Below, piece by piece: positions 1 through 10,796 of a stretch of 52,244 bases of DNA. The stretch is from a virus. Position numbers and translations under genes: made by a program. The notes below the pieces were generated by a model that made no database searches, had not been told where the DNA came from, and saw only the letters and a list, made by a program, of their open reading frames with translations. Location: the IMG/VR virus record IMGVR_UViG_3300044210_000063, one strand, 5' to 3'. Within the stretch, counting starts at the first letter, position 1; every line of letters starts with the position of its first letter.

Positions 1-2
1 GT

Positions 3-254
3 ACCAATGTGATTGATTTGACGACTACATTTCTTGAGTCAGAGGCTGTTGGCCCTATTACAGAGATGGGGATTCTCGGTGGAGATATTGACATAAATAT
101 GGCGGTGCGCAATCCTGTGCTACCTCCAAATGGGCCGTATGATCCAACAGTTGATGTATCAGGCAAAGACACGTTGCTTAATTATGTGACTTTCCCTGTT
201 ATCAACAAACCCTCTGATGGCCGCCTGAATTGGACCTGGCGTCTTACTTTTTAG
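3..254 (+). CDS. C-terminal fragment of an upstream gene; the reading frame stays open to the window edge
   Basis: Frame 3 has no stop from position 3 to the stop at 252-254. The ORF-track M at 9 is internal. Confidence 0.4.
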   Translation, partial: TNVIDLTTTFLESEAVGPITEMGILGGDIDINMAVRNPVLPPNGPYDPTVDVSGKDTLLNYVTFPVINKPSDGRLNWTWRLTF

Positions 255-347
255 TCCATCTGAATGTTGGTTTGTGTCTACTCGGGGTGTAGAGAAAAGC
301 ACGCAGCTCGCCAGGTCCTCGAGACTCATGCCCATTAGCCTTGAGAA

Positions 348-572
348 ATGAAAGAGCTTGAGCTGAAGGTCGAGAATCATAAAGATACTATCGATTTTCG
401 ACCCGTATTCAATCAAGTAGTATATGAATCCTCATATGGTAGCACTGGCGTTGAATTCAAGATTGGCAGTCGACCTCATGCTCATGAAATGTTCTCACTT
501 TTGTCGAGCAGTGGAAGTATTGAGTCGAATCGTGAATTTACAATTATGGACCTTGACACCTTTGTTAGGTAG
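348..572 (+). CDS. small hypothetical protein (74 aa)
   Basis: ORF in the 450-nt gap upstream of the large gene; weak RBS only. No recognisable domain. Confidence 0.3.
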   Translation: MKELELKVENHKDTIDFRPVFNQVVYESSYGSTGVEFKIGSRPHAHEMFSLLSSSGSIESNREFTIMDLDTFVR

Positions 573-707
573 ATTTGCTACGGCGGACCGGTGTGTTGGG
601 TCCAGATGGTTATTGAACGTTTGTTATGAATCCATAGTAGTATGGTTTAGAGCTAGGCCGCTTATGGTTTACTTGGGCTGGACCAACATGTATGGGTCGG
701 AGATCTA

Positions 708-3700
708 GTGATGACAGCTAATCCCCTGGGCCCCGGCGTGAGCCGCTACCTTCCTGCTGCTGATCGCCAGTTTGCCGCTAGTATTTTTGAGTTACGGCGC
801 CCTCCTCTTGATTCGGAACTGAATTTTATTTCATTCATTGGGCTTGAGGGACGTGCCGAGGAGGTTCGATCCAGAGTACCCTCCGGGTGGCTATTGAACG
901 AGTTGGACCCGATGTCCGACTATGCAACAAGCCCTGGTCATTCGAATCAATTTTATTTTGGACGAAACCTTGCTGGTGAGCTTCGCAACCTGTGCTGGGC
1001 AGTAGTTAATGGGTGGCTCATACCTGTGACTGGTACGAAGACCGGTGCACCTCCATTGGCTGCGAATGATACTGACTCCTGGAACCGGATTACGCTCAGT
1101 CCGCCACCATCGTCGACTGGTGGTAACCGGGCTGAATTTGTCTTCCTCGAGGTGTGGCTCGCTCGAATTGATGTGGATCCATCAGTGGGCGTGGCTCCGG
1201 GGAAACCTGCACGTGGTTACATATATAAGTTTGGGAATGTCGGGGGTGGTTTTTCCTTCTTGCCTGACGATTTAATAGATCCGAATATAAATTTCGAGAC
1301 GAATCGTCGTGTGCAGTTACAATATCGGATTAGGACAGTCCTAGATGTTGGCCTGTCGGGTAACCCGGAGGGGTTCGATCCAACTATGGTATTTGCCCAA
1401 GGGCAGCTTACAATTCCGTCTGTTGTACCATTCACAAACATGCGTCAGGCGCTTGGTGATCCGGGTCTCTGGCGTGCGGGTACAGGTGACCCGGCTACGT
1501 TCGGGACTGCAGATGGATATGTATATGCTGTACCGCTGTGCGCGGTATTTCGGCGAAATACCGCAGCATTTTCTGATACCGGAAATCTTGCAGGTGCATT
1601 CAATCGCAATAGTACTGCTATTGTTCGTGATGACGCAACAACCTTCACCAGTGGTGTGGCACTTCCAACTGATATTACAGATGTTGCAGTATCATTCACA
1701 CTTACAAGTGTTTCTGGAACCGTGCTTGCCACGATTAACGACTATGGAGAGGCTTATTTCCGCGTTGATGATGAGATAATCCGAGTTACCAATGTACTTC
1801 AAACTTCGCCTGTGACATTCATGGTCTCGATTGACCGTGGGCAACTCGGAAGCACAGTTCGTTCTCATAAATCCGGCACACCACTTAACCTATACACGGT
1901 TCGTCCTGATGGGTTATACGCAGACCAGGTTTCTCAGTCTGACATTCTTGATATGCGCCACTCAGTGGCAGATAAATTTGATTATGAAGCAATCTTACGC
2001 ACTAATTTATCTGCTTTACTCCGCGGACGGTTGAGATCGACTTGGAAGCGCTATGGGAGTACACTATCCGGCGGATCTGTAATATTGTATGGGGATCGTA
2101 TTACTGACAGTTCAGTTTATGTTGGTGGGCTAACACGTCTCGATGCACCGGATGGTAATCGGTGTGGGTTTTCTGATGCCGCAGTTATGCAGCGGTTTAA
2201 TGTGCCTGTGACTGTACCCACGAATTCCGTCCCGTTATCCGCGCCTGTGCAGGTTACTGTGGCTCCATTCAATATTGAAGTGGACTGGACCGCCACACCT
2301 CCAGTGCACACGCCTGGAAACCGTCTATATGGTGGCACGGTTCCAATGTGGTGGAACGGCGATCAACTTACAATTTTGCTCAGTTCATTCATTGCTGGCA
2401 TTCCGGGTGCTGATGCCGATCAGGTGAGATTCGTACTGCCTTCAGAAGATTTGGATTCCGTGATCGTGCGGTTTGAAGGGATGACAACCGACCCAAATGG
2501 GGGTAATCCTTCAAGTACTCCTGCAACTTCGCCAACTGCGACGAATCCCTATCTTACACTGGCCCCGACCGGAGTGCGAATTATGAAGCACGGTCAGGGT
2601 ATTACGGTCAGTCTTGATGGTAGTAACAATCTGGTCGTGACATTAGCCAGTGGTACCACAGACACTGCTTTACAAGAATTCATTGATGCACTACAAGGTA
2701 ACACAGCCGCGGGCTATGTAGCAGCGCTAAAGATGCACATTGAGTTTACTGTATTGTATGGCGCTGGACGTGGATTATCGCATAGGCCTGAATTTGTGCA
2801 TACGGTGCAATACCGTGGGAGTCCTGTCAATGCGTCGAGGACGCTACTGCGCGATGGGCTTGTGAGCGGTAGTCGTATGGTGCCAACTTATCTTGGCGAT
2901 TCGCCACTGGTGCAAGTTGGTGTAAATCGCGCTTGGGCCCGGACGTCTGAGATCATGGTAGACCCGGGGTCAAAGACTGTATGGATCGCACCATACCGTG
3001 AAATGCTGATCCCGAATTTACTATGTCGAAGCGCTGCTCGTCTTAACTGGTATGGCGGTGGCCCTACATATCAGGGTACCATGCCGCTCAATGGTCTTGA
3101 CGGTATCACAGTGGTGCACCCAAATGGTGTAGATCCTCTGGACTTGTTCTACAATGGGACTTCGGGGCGGTATGTGGAAGTGCCACCAGATTATTTACCG
3201 AAGTTAGGACTGCATCACCAACCTATAGTACCGACTTCCAATACGATCTTCTCTTCTGGTCTGAATTTTTTGCTAATGGCCAAAGAAGGTGCAGTAGCAG
3301 CGCATTCAGATTTTAACCGCAATCTTGTAAGCTATCCGAATGCACCAGGGTATTGTATTGTAACGCCACTTCCTGGTGAAATATATGGGACAGCCAGTGG
3401 TGGAAGGTCGATCTTTGGACGAAAGTATATCAATAGTAATTTGACAGCAGTTGCTGGTGGCCCGTTCCGTGGTATTCAGTTCCCGCCCTTCCTTGCGCCA
3501 GCTCGTATTACTGGTATCTATCTGCGAGCAGGGACCGCGGTTGTACCGGCTTCTAGTCCTTTCGACAACAGCCGGACCTTTGTCGGTGGTGTAGGTACTA
3601 ATACGAACTTATTGCGTGACGGCTTCGATGGACCAACACTATTATTAGATGTTGTTAATGAGGCTGGTAATCCCGATGTGAACGGGGATGTCTGCTTCAT

Positions 3701-5363
3701 ATTGAATGCAGATATTATAGATCTGTCGAAGGCGCCAGCAGGCACCACCTTTGATGATCCGAATCAGTTCATCATAGAATGCGTGTTGTTTGGATTTGAT
3801 CGTGGGTTCCTTCAGACCAATGGGCGTATTCTGTGTGCAAAGAGTACCGGTGGTGGCACTGTAGAAATTGCCGTAGATACGTTCACGAGTTCATCTGATA
3901 GTAGTGTTGGTATTATTGCTCCTGCCCCGTTGACTTCTGGGGCAGCCAATAACGAAGTTACAATATATTATAGTCATGTGCCATATCAGGGCGATCCGTT
4001 TGGTACTCAGTCGGCTTATTCGGACGACCCAGACCGTAGAGGTCCACTCTCGCTCAGTGAACTGAATGCGATTCTCGGAAATCCACTTGGGCCAGTCTCA
4101 GCTCTCACGCTTCCGAATAAAGCTGGTTATGAGGTCCTTGCCACGCAACCGTTCGTGACTTCGCTTGGTACGGGCAGGCTTTCAGGTTCGGTGCCTATAC
4201 CATTGATGACAGTTGTAAATGCGCCGCGTAATCCACCGGATTACGCGGGGACGCGAATAGATTTACAGCGTCGGTTAGCTGCTAACCGAGTTGGTTATGA
4301 GGATTGGGTAACTCCGAAGCTTCCCGTTACGCCGCCACCGTATACATCAAGGCCTGTACTCAAGACAGGTGCATTGTCCGAAGCATACGATCACGATGTG
4401 CATCCCGAGCTTGCAGGATGCACCAGTCGCTTACCGCTCGGAGCACTTTTCCGTGATAAGGATTTTAGTGGCAAGACTCTTTACCAAGCAAAAAATGCAA
4501 CTGGAGTTGGTTCGATTGTGCTCGGTACACTCGCATTGCCGCCATTCGAGGCTTCAATGGCTAAGGCTGCAGAGGGAAGGTCTACCTGGGAGGGTGTCGA
4601 GTTCGTTTGTGGTAATGCATCTGGTTCTGCTGGTGCTGGTTCTGAGGCACTTGTGCGTGTAGACGGTACTTCTGTAAATCCAAGTGATGTACAGGTATTC
4701 AAAACAACGCGTGGCGGCGCTGCATATAATGCAGCAAATCCATGGCCAGGCGGCATTGTTTCAGCTAGGTTCCCGAAAGCGCGACCAAATATTGAGGTCG
4801 GGTCGGTAATGACTGGCATAGCATATCTCGTACGAACTGCACCCGAGGTTCCGGGCATGTCTGAAGTCCATCCTGGACATGAGCTCCAGATGATGATCGT
4901 AACCCAAGCAATTCCGACTTATTTCCGGGATACCGATCTTGTACATTCCGCAAGCGGAACCAATGAAGGGTATACAGCTGCGGATAGATTCCGTTTACTT
5001 GGTAAGCCGATTGAAAAGCGGCGGGGTGTGGTTGACGCATCGACAATCCCAGCTAGTAGGTCCTTGTTTGTAAACAAAATTTTTGACGATCCGCTCTACT
5101 ACGGATCCAGCGACATACCGCCGGTTTCTCAAAAACAAGAGACACTAGCAGTAACTTCAAACGGACAGACTATATTTACTCTGTCACAGAGGCCGCTTGA
5201 TCCGATGGCTGTGGTACTTTATTTGAATGGCGTGAAACTAAGATACGGGACCGAATACACCGTGGGCGGTCCATCTAATACCACTGTGACTTATGTTCCG
5301 TCTGGTTCTACGCCGCCAGTAGTGATCGGTGATGTTTTAGAAGCTTGGTTTCTACTATTTTAG
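708..5363 (+). CDS. very large Gly/Thr/Ser/Pro/Val/Asn-rich protein (1551 aa); putative virion structural protein (tail fiber/baseplate-like), family not recognised
   Basis: Uninterrupted 4.6-kb ORF. GTG 708 / ATG 711 start with GGAG 6-9 nt upstream. Beta-rich composition typical of phage fiber proteins. No catalytic motif seen. Confidence 0.8.
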   Translation: MMTANPLGPGVSRYLPAADRQFAASIFELRRPPLDSELNFISFIGLEGRAEEVRSRVPSGWLLNELDPMSDYATSPGHSNQFYFGRNLAGELRNLCWAVVNGWLIPVTGTKTGAPPLAANDTDSWNRITLSPPPSSTGGNRAEFVFLEVWLARIDVDPSVGVAPGKPARGYIYKFGNVGGGFSFLPDDLIDPNINFETNRRVQLQYRIRTVLDVGLSGNPEGFDPTMVFAQGQLTIPSVVPFTNMRQALGDPGLWRAGTGDPATFGTADGYVYAVPLCAVFRRNTAAFSDTGNLAGAFNRNSTAIVRDDATTFTSGVALPTDITDVAVSFTLTSVSGTVLATINDYGEAYFRVDDEIIRVTNVLQTSPVTFMVSIDRGQLGSTVRSHKSGTPLNLYTVRPDGLYADQVSQSDILDMRHSVADKFDYEAILRTNLSALLRGRLRSTWKRYGSTLSGGSVILYGDRITDSSVYVGGLTRLDAPDGNRCGFSDAAVMQRFNVPVTVPTNSVPLSAPVQVTVAPFNIEVDWTATPPVHTPGNRLYGGTVPMWWNGDQLTILLSSFIAGIPGADADQVRFVLPSEDLDSVIVRFEGMTTDPNGGNPSSTPATSPTATNPYLTLAPTGVRIMKHGQGITVSLDGSNNLVVTLASGTTDTALQEFIDALQGNTAAGYVAALKMHIEFTVLYGAGRGLSHRPEFVHTVQYRGSPVNASRTLLRDGLVSGSRMVPTYLGDSPLVQVGVNRAWARTSEIMVDPGSKTVWIAPYREMLIPNLLCRSAARLNWYGGGPTYQGTMPLNGLDGITVVHPNGVDPLDLFYNGTSGRYVEVPPDYLPKLGLHHQPIVPTSNTIFSSGLNFLLMAKEGAVAAHSDFNRNLVSYPNAPGYCIVTPLPGEIYGTASGGRSIFGRKYINSNLTAVAGGPFRGIQFPPFLAPARITGIYLRAGTAVVPASSPFDNSRTFVGGVGTNTNLLRDGFDGPTLLLDVVNEAGNPDVNGDVCFILNADIIDLSKAPAGTTFDDPNQFIIECVLFGFDRGFLQTNGRILCAKSTGGGTVEIAVDTFTSSSDSSVGIIAPAPLTSGAANNEVTIYYSHVPYQGDPFGTQSAYSDDPDRRGPLSLSELNAILGNPLGPVSALTLPNKAGYEVLATQPFVTSLGTGRLSGSVPIPLMTVVNAPRNPPDYAGTRIDLQRRLAANRVGYEDWVTPKLPVTPPPYTSRPVLKTGALSEAYDHDVHPELAGCTSRLPLGALFRDKDFSGKTLYQAKNATGVGSIVLGTLALPPFEASMAKAAEGRSTWEGVEFVCGNASGSAGAGSEALVRVDGTSVNPSDVQVFKTTRGGAAYNAANPWPGGIVSARFPKARPNIEVGSVMTGIAYLVRTAPEVPGMSEVHPGHELQMMIVTQAIPTYFRDTDLVHSASGTNEGYTAADRFRLLGKPIEKRRGVVDASTIPASRSLFVNKIFDDPLYYGSSDIPPVSQKQETLAVTSNGQTIFTLSQRPLDPMAVVLYLNGVKLRYGTEYTVGGPSNTTVTYVPSGSTPPVVIGDVLEAWFLLF

Positions 5364-5584
5364 AATAATTTTGAATGCTGGTTCTTTTGGTAGAGTTCCG
5401 GCGTTAATATATGTATTAAGTCCGGCTGTTGCGGAGGCCGTGGGTTTATGGAAGATACTTGGCGCTGTCAAGGCAGTAGGACCTTACAGGTCTGCCAATA
5501 TATGGTAAAACACCATGCCCGAAGGGTTTCTCAGTCGGTCCGGACTTTTATGGATGCGGAGTCATAAAGTCAGAAGGGTGCACT

Positions 5585-8500
5585 GTGACACAACCACGCA
5601 AGGAACAGGTTAAGAATCTTAAGACGAAATATAAGAAGTTCGTCCAAGCTGGGAGCCTTTACTTTGGCGGACAGGGGCAGCGCCAGGTAGTGTCTGGTGC
5701 GGATTATGCTGCACTTTTGGCAGCAACACGCACTGGGGTCGCTGGCGGCGCTGAAACTAGTGCACCTGCCGTTGTTTGGGGTGGATATGGGCCATATGCT
5801 GGACTTGCGTCTGGCATGGCTTTTACGATTGCAATGCCAGGCGTCAATGGTGGGCATCCAGTCACAATATCTATCACCCCGAGTGAAATCGTCATACTTG
5901 GAGGTTTGCCAACTGGCACAACCTCTCGTGTCGTACTTAGGATAAACACGGTCCTTTCTGGATATGGTGTGCCTGTTTCAGTTGGTTTGGGTGTGCAAGG
6001 CCAACTCGTACTTAGGTCTGCAAACACTTCTGGTACGACCTATGGGGACTCGGCTCAAATTACGTTAGCAGATTCGGTTCCCGGGACCCTCACGGCGCTC
6101 GGTTTCACGGCAGGTACATATAATGGTACTACCGCCCCGAAGCGGGGACTTATTACTACGAGCGAAGATCTTCTTGGTGGATATCTCCAGATAAAGACCC
6201 TTGATGGTGTGCCAGCTGAGGCCTATTCGAATCAGTTGGTGCATATGTATGCCTACCAGATGGATCCGCTGTATAGGCCTGGACAACCTGCATATGTACG
6301 GGTTAGACAGGCTTCTGCTTCGTCTGCGATCGCTGAATACTGGCGTACGGGACCAACTCCTCCGTCAATCGTGACAGGGCAGGCTGGTCAGATGTCAAAC
6401 TTCTCTTCAATCACCCCAGGGGAGAATATTACAATCTCCATCACGTGGGAGACAGGAGGACCCACTACCAGTTTTAGTGTGGTTTTTGGTACTGTCACTA
6501 GTCTGCAGGATGTTATTAATACGATTAATAACTCTTATTCGTTCACGACTATGGGAGATTATAACGTTAGGTCAACTAACGCGGTCGTGATGTGGAAAGT
6601 GCCTCCGCCATATACCTTCTCCAGTGATGATTCATTTTACATATCGTTTAATGATAACCCAACCAGGGTGCATGTGAATCCTCCGGGTGGAGTATACTCA
6701 GCATTGGCTTTGGATAATTCGGTTGCTCCGGTTGGGTATATTTGGGACCTCATCAATAATGTGTACGGTCTCGGTGCGGAAGGTGGTGTCATCCATTTCG
6801 ATGGTGTTAGTACTAACATCGGTCTTAGCGGATTGTGGATGGCATTCGAGAGTTATAGAAGTGATGGTACTGGCTCTATCACCATTTATCCTGGCGATCA
6901 TAGTGGTGTGCCAAATGGCACTTGGATGGGAACTCTGGAGCGCATAGGACTGACGCCTGGCAGATATGTAGGAAGTATGATTGCTGCCAAGTGGGGTGAT
7001 GGTACTGGCGACGAGATTATATTTTCGCTGCCTACTGCTAGGCCAGGTGCAACGCTGTCAATTACTGGACTCACAGGTACTCTTAATAAACTTGGTCTCG
7101 CTGGGCCAGTTACGGTTTCGTCGAACGCACGAGGTCTGCAACGAGTTCCGGTTCCTACAGGTCAGGTGCTGCTGCCTGAAATGGTTGAATTCTCCGAAGA
7201 ACCGGATAACTATGATGTAGAGGTACAGAGCTTTGACACTCCTGCTACTCCGCCACCCATACTGCCTACTGACGGTGTGCTGAACGCACTTAAGAGTATA
7301 CTTGGAACGGATGGTAAGCTTAATTCAGCGCTGCTACCCTTGATTGGGGAATTTCTGAGCCTTAAAGAACTGAAGCTTGGCGATGGTCTTGTAGGTTCAG
7401 GAGGTCAGCTCAGGCCGCGTGTGCAGACGACACACGATCCAGTCACCGGTCCTGTGCTGTTGCATTCTGCAATGACGAGTATCACTTCTAACGGGAGTGG
7501 TGGCTCTTCTGGTGAGATCGTGCGGGTCTATGCACATAATGGGTGTGCTTGGATCACATCAAATGCTGTTTGCACCGGAATGGTTGGCAGCGTCCCGCAG
7601 TGGCAGGCTGATTATGTAGCGGCCTCCACGATCCTAGAATGGGATCGTGGTAAGATTGCTATTGGATATATTGCGTCTGCGGCTTTGCCACATACATGGG
7701 CGCATACGGGATGGAGTCGCAACCTTAAGATGAATCCATATGGGGCGGCTGAGACGCTATCAAATGGTGCTGTATTTGGAGCGGAAATTCTGAAGCTCGG
7801 TGAAGGTCTTGTTGGTACCGATGCACATGTGCTAATACCACGTATTGAAGCTGCAGCGCCACCTCAGGATTCTAACCGTGAAATGTTGTTGCTTGAGGTG
7901 GCAAGCTCAGATCCAGCAGCACCGGTTCAGGGTATTCGGATTTATGCATATGTATATTCTCCCGCTTATCCAGCAGAGAACCGGTCATATCTCCGTTTTA
8001 CTTTCAATGCAAGGCAGGGCCCTGCCATAGTCTGGCAGAAGGATGTAAATGATAAAATCGCTACATCCGTCAAAATCGGGTTCGATGTTCTACAGGCGGA
8101 AACACGTGCTGCCGCCAATAATGGGACTTGGACTGTATGGGATGAAACCCCTGTAATTCTGGATTGGCGGGGTCATAACTACTATTTCATGTGGGACGCC
8201 CGGATCACCAGGACTCTTATGCTTGGTGAAGAGCTTGCATCAGCAGGTACATACGATGTAGAGCGTTTGGCAACATCGAGAGTTGATCCAGACCTCGGTA
8301 CTACCCGTACTTTAATGTGGCAGTCTCCTACGGTCTGGTCTGGTAGTATAAGTGGCCCAGATACAGTTTGTTCACCGCCGTTGCGCATTTATTTCTGCTG
8401 CAATGCATATGTGAATAACATCCCGGCAAATGGATTTGTGCTCACAAGCAATGCAAGATGGAATGCACATACAGATCGTTGGGAGGCTGACAATGCGCCA

Positions 8501-9145
8501 TATCCGGCATTCGCATGGATGTTTGGACAAACCATTGATCAAATGGGTAGTGGTTCTATAGCACTACTTACCAAAAAGAATACGCCACTGTCTAGTTGGT
8601 CTGATCAGCTTGATTTTGGTGTAACAGGATGGTCTACCGCCGATTGGATGCATCATCCTACATACCCATCTTCCACAATGAGTGGGTTTGTTAGCCAAGA
8701 CGGTGGCTTTACAGTGAAAGCTCCTCAGGCTGGTAATTATTCTTCAAACCCACCTGCAGACTGGCCTGTTGTTTTGAATGCTGTACTTGCCAAGACTATG
8801 GTAAAATCTTGGGGAGCTACCAATCTACCTATACCAGGCATGGGCAGCTCATGTGTCATCAGGGACGGGTATAATTATTACACCGCGTCGGAAATTGGGG
8901 TCGGGTTTTTTCATCTTGGCTATCGCCGTACGCTTGATACTACACCTGAGACTCCTACAGTTCTCCTTACTGTTGGCAACCGCACAGGAGCAGGTGTATA
9001 TGGATCAAGTGCTTCCCCATTTGTGGCCCAAAGTCTAGGTACTGAGTTTACTGCATGTATACTGGATACTGGTGGTGGAGGTGGATTGTTCCTTGATGCT
9101 GTACGGTTAAATCACGTGACCTATAATCAGCAATCCAATAACTGA
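5585..9145 (+). CDS. second very large Gly/Thr/Ser-rich protein (1186 aa); putative virion structural/fiber protein
   Basis: GTG start with AAGGGTG upstream. Internal duplicated motif LKLGDGLVGSGGQL / LKLGEGLVGTDAHVL. Composition similar to the preceding ORF. Confidence 0.8.
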   Translation: MTQPRKEQVKNLKTKYKKFVQAGSLYFGGQGQRQVVSGADYAALLAATRTGVAGGAETSAPAVVWGGYGPYAGLASGMAFTIAMPGVNGGHPVTISITPSEIVILGGLPTGTTSRVVLRINTVLSGYGVPVSVGLGVQGQLVLRSANTSGTTYGDSAQITLADSVPGTLTALGFTAGTYNGTTAPKRGLITTSEDLLGGYLQIKTLDGVPAEAYSNQLVHMYAYQMDPLYRPGQPAYVRVRQASASSAIAEYWRTGPTPPSIVTGQAGQMSNFSSITPGENITISITWETGGPTTSFSVVFGTVTSLQDVINTINNSYSFTTMGDYNVRSTNAVVMWKVPPPYTFSSDDSFYISFNDNPTRVHVNPPGGVYSALALDNSVAPVGYIWDLINNVYGLGAEGGVIHFDGVSTNIGLSGLWMAFESYRSDGTGSITIYPGDHSGVPNGTWMGTLERIGLTPGRYVGSMIAAKWGDGTGDEIIFSLPTARPGATLSITGLTGTLNKLGLAGPVTVSSNARGLQRVPVPTGQVLLPEMVEFSEEPDNYDVEVQSFDTPATPPPILPTDGVLNALKSILGTDGKLNSALLPLIGEFLSLKELKLGDGLVGSGGQLRPRVQTTHDPVTGPVLLHSAMTSITSNGSGGSSGEIVRVYAHNGCAWITSNAVCTGMVGSVPQWQADYVAASTILEWDRGKIAIGYIASAALPHTWAHTGWSRNLKMNPYGAAETLSNGAVFGAEILKLGEGLVGTDAHVLIPRIEAAAPPQDSNREMLLLEVASSDPAAPVQGIRIYAYVYSPAYPAENRSYLRFTFNARQGPAIVWQKDVNDKIATSVKIGFDVLQAETRAAANNGTWTVWDETPVILDWRGHNYYFMWDARITRTLMLGEELASAGTYDVERLATSRVDPDLGTTRTLMWQSPTVWSGSISGPDTVCSPPLRIYFCCNAYVNNIPANGFVLTSNARWNAHTDRWEADNAPYPAFAWMFGQTIDQMGSGSIALLTKKNTPLSSWSDQLDFGVTGWSTADWMHHPTYPSSTMSGFVSQDGGFTVKAPQAGNYSSNPPADWPVVLNAVLAKTMVKSWGATNLPIPGMGSSCVIRDGYNYYTASEIGVGFFHLGYRRTLDTTPETPTVLLTVGNRTGAGVYGSSASPFVAQSLGTEFTACILDTGGGGGLFLDAVRLNHVTYNQQSNN

Positions 9146-9157
9146 GGCATCTTACTC

Positions 9158-9490
9158 ATGAGCAACAAGCCGCCAAAGGCATCAGGACTGACATTGGTTT
9201 TTGAAAGCTTCAAACTACCTGCGCAGGGAACGCAACCTGAAATCGAGGTTGAAGCTGCAGAAATTCAATTTCAGCCAGAACACGCTGGACACTGGTTCAT
9301 GGTACATCTAGCTCTGCAGGGTAATATTCCTGAGTATCGAGTGACTATTGGCCCTCAGGGTGCACCATCACTTGTACCTGATGCCGATGGCCTGTTGGGG
9401 ATGGTGGCTAATGGGATCATATCTTTAGATGGTACGAGCATCGAACGTCTGCAGGGTGTGTCCCTACCGAGTGTATCCCTACCAATGTGA
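9158..9490 (+). CDS. hypothetical protein (110 aa)
   Basis: ATG with TGAGG 8 nt upstream; first gene of a tightly packed plus-strand run. Confidence 0.5.
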   Translation: MSNKPPKASGLTLVFESFKLPAQGTQPEIEVEAAEIQFQPEHAGHWFMVHLALQGNIPEYRVTIGPQGAPSLVPDADGLLGMVANGIISLDGTSIERLQGVSLPSVSLPM

Positions 9491-9502
9491 GGGAGAAGTA
9501 GC

Positions 9503-9664
9503 GTGGCAGCACAAGTAAAATGGCATCAAGTAAAACCCAACCAGACTGTGGACCTGGCATCCTTGCGTGATAAGACATGGCAGCAACTTAAGCCAGCGGA
9601 GCGCGAGGCTGTGCTCAAGATACTCGCTGAGGAGGCAGGACTCGTAAAGTCAGAAAAACGATGA
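9503..9664 (+). CDS. small hypothetical protein (53 aa), absent from the ORF track (<60 aa)
   Basis: GTG at 9503 preceded by GAGGGAGAAG (strong SD) at 9489-9498. Its stop TGA overlaps the ATG of the next gene (ATGA at 9661-9664). Confidence 0.45.
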   Translation: MAAQVKWHQVKPNQTVDLASLRDKTWQQLKPAEREAVLKILAEEAGLVKSEKR

Positions 9665-10176
9665 CATCTGAAGCTCCTGCTTCTGAGAAAAAATGGTATA
9701 AGGTTCTGTGGGCCTTTACGCTGAAATACCCACTAGCGATTGTGGGAACTATATTCCTAGTTGCGCTTGCCATTTTCTTGATTATCTTTGGACAGAAGTT
9801 TCAAATCAGAGGGTTGCTTGGACGGCTATGGGGCAGGAAGCCCGTAGTTGATCCAAATGTTCGAGTTATTCCTCCACCAGGACGAGTTGACACTGGTGGC
9901 GTACTAATTCCTGCAGGCAAATCCGACGATCTTGGGTATGTCCAATCGCCGGTGCAGGTTGTCATCAAGGATCCGGGTGTTTTCGACGATCCAAATATTA
10001 TAATCGTCAATCATCCAGAAAAAGGTGACATTGTCATTCCGTTGCCGACTGGTGTGAAGAATGAGGACGTAAAGCAGGTAGTTGAAATTGAGCCTAATGT
10101 TTATCAGTTGTCAAATAATGACAAACCGTTGGTGAACGCAGGCTCTTTGCTTGATGAGCTCGAGAAGAAACCATGA
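9661..10176 (+). CDS. membrane protein with a single N-terminal transmembrane helix
   Basis: Hydrophobic segment LKYPLAIVGTIFLVALAIFLIIFG after a short charged N-terminus. ATGA overlap with the upstream gene. Confidence 0.6.
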   Translation: MTSEAPASEKKWYKVLWAFTLKYPLAIVGTIFLVALAIFLIIFGQKFQIRGLLGRLWGRKPVVDPNVRVIPPPGRVDTGGVLIPAGKSDDLGYVQSPVQVVIKDPGVFDDPNIIIVNHPEKGDIVIPLPTGVKNEDVKQVVEIEPNVYQLSNNDKPLVNAGSLLDELEKKP

Positions 10177-10796
10177 GGTCCTGGGCTATATTAGTGATTC
10201 TCTGCTTGATGACATCGGCGCAGGCGCCAGTACAGGCACAACCTGCTGAATGCATACCACCACCTGGTGGTAAATGTCTCACTGCAGAACAATACGATGG
10301 GGTTAAGAAAGCCCTTAGAGAACTTGACGGAATACATAAGGCACCAGCAGAAATTAAATTTCTGAATCCGATTATCATCATCCAAGATTGGGATGGTCGT
10401 GTATACGTTAATGGCGGTGATAAAAAACCAGTTCAGTTGAAGTTCCGGCTTGGTAATACTATTGATCGTGACATGGCCGTGGAGCTTCCGACTGCGGTTT
10501 TCTATCGTCCAAAGCCGCCTGATCCATTTTTTCGCCTTCGTATTCGTGCTCAGGCAGGTCTTCTTTTACCAGAGCTGATTCGTAGTAATTCGCTGCGATT
10601 TTGGGACGCTCAAATCAGCTTTGATTTTATTCATGTCGGGATCATCAACCTGAATGCAGCAGCTGGTGTGACATCTGTTGGTGCTGGTCCCGGCATTGAT
10701 CTCACTAAAAATTTTGGGCTTGTGGTGCAATATGCATTCGTGTATGACGGATTGAGGTCGAGCGCATTCTTAGGCTGTTACATGTCCTTCAATTAG
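10173..10796 (+). CDS. secreted protein with cleavable signal peptide (SAQA|PVQ)
   Basis: N-terminus MRSWAILVILCLMTSAQAPVQAQ; no lipobox. ATGA overlap with the preceding gene. Confidence 0.6.
   Translation: MRSWAILVILCLMTSAQAPVQAQPAECIPPPGGKCLTAEQYDGVKKALRELDGIHKAPAEIKFLNPIIIIQDWDGRVYVNGGDKKPVQLKFRLGNTIDRDMAVELPTAVFYRPKPPDPFFRLRIRAQAGLLLPELIRSNSLRFWDAQISFDFIHVGIINLNAAAGVTSVGAGPGIDLTKNFGLVVQYAFVYDGLRSSAFLGCYMSFN

Noticed and set aside
1445-4858. Numerous 60-125-aa antisense or alternate-frame ORFs inside the large genes (e.g. 1445..1732-, 4481..4858-, 26431..26916-, 20454..20894-, 13445..13774+)
   Set aside because: They are embedded in strongly supported genes and show repetitive or odd composition that mirrors the host gene's codons, with no RBS. 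They are likely non-coding.
5364-5584. Imperfect palindrome CCGGCGTTAATATATGTATTAAGTCCGG in the intergenic region between the two giant genes, as an operator
   Set aside because: The arms have two mismatches and there is a single occurrence. It was noted but not strong enough to call.
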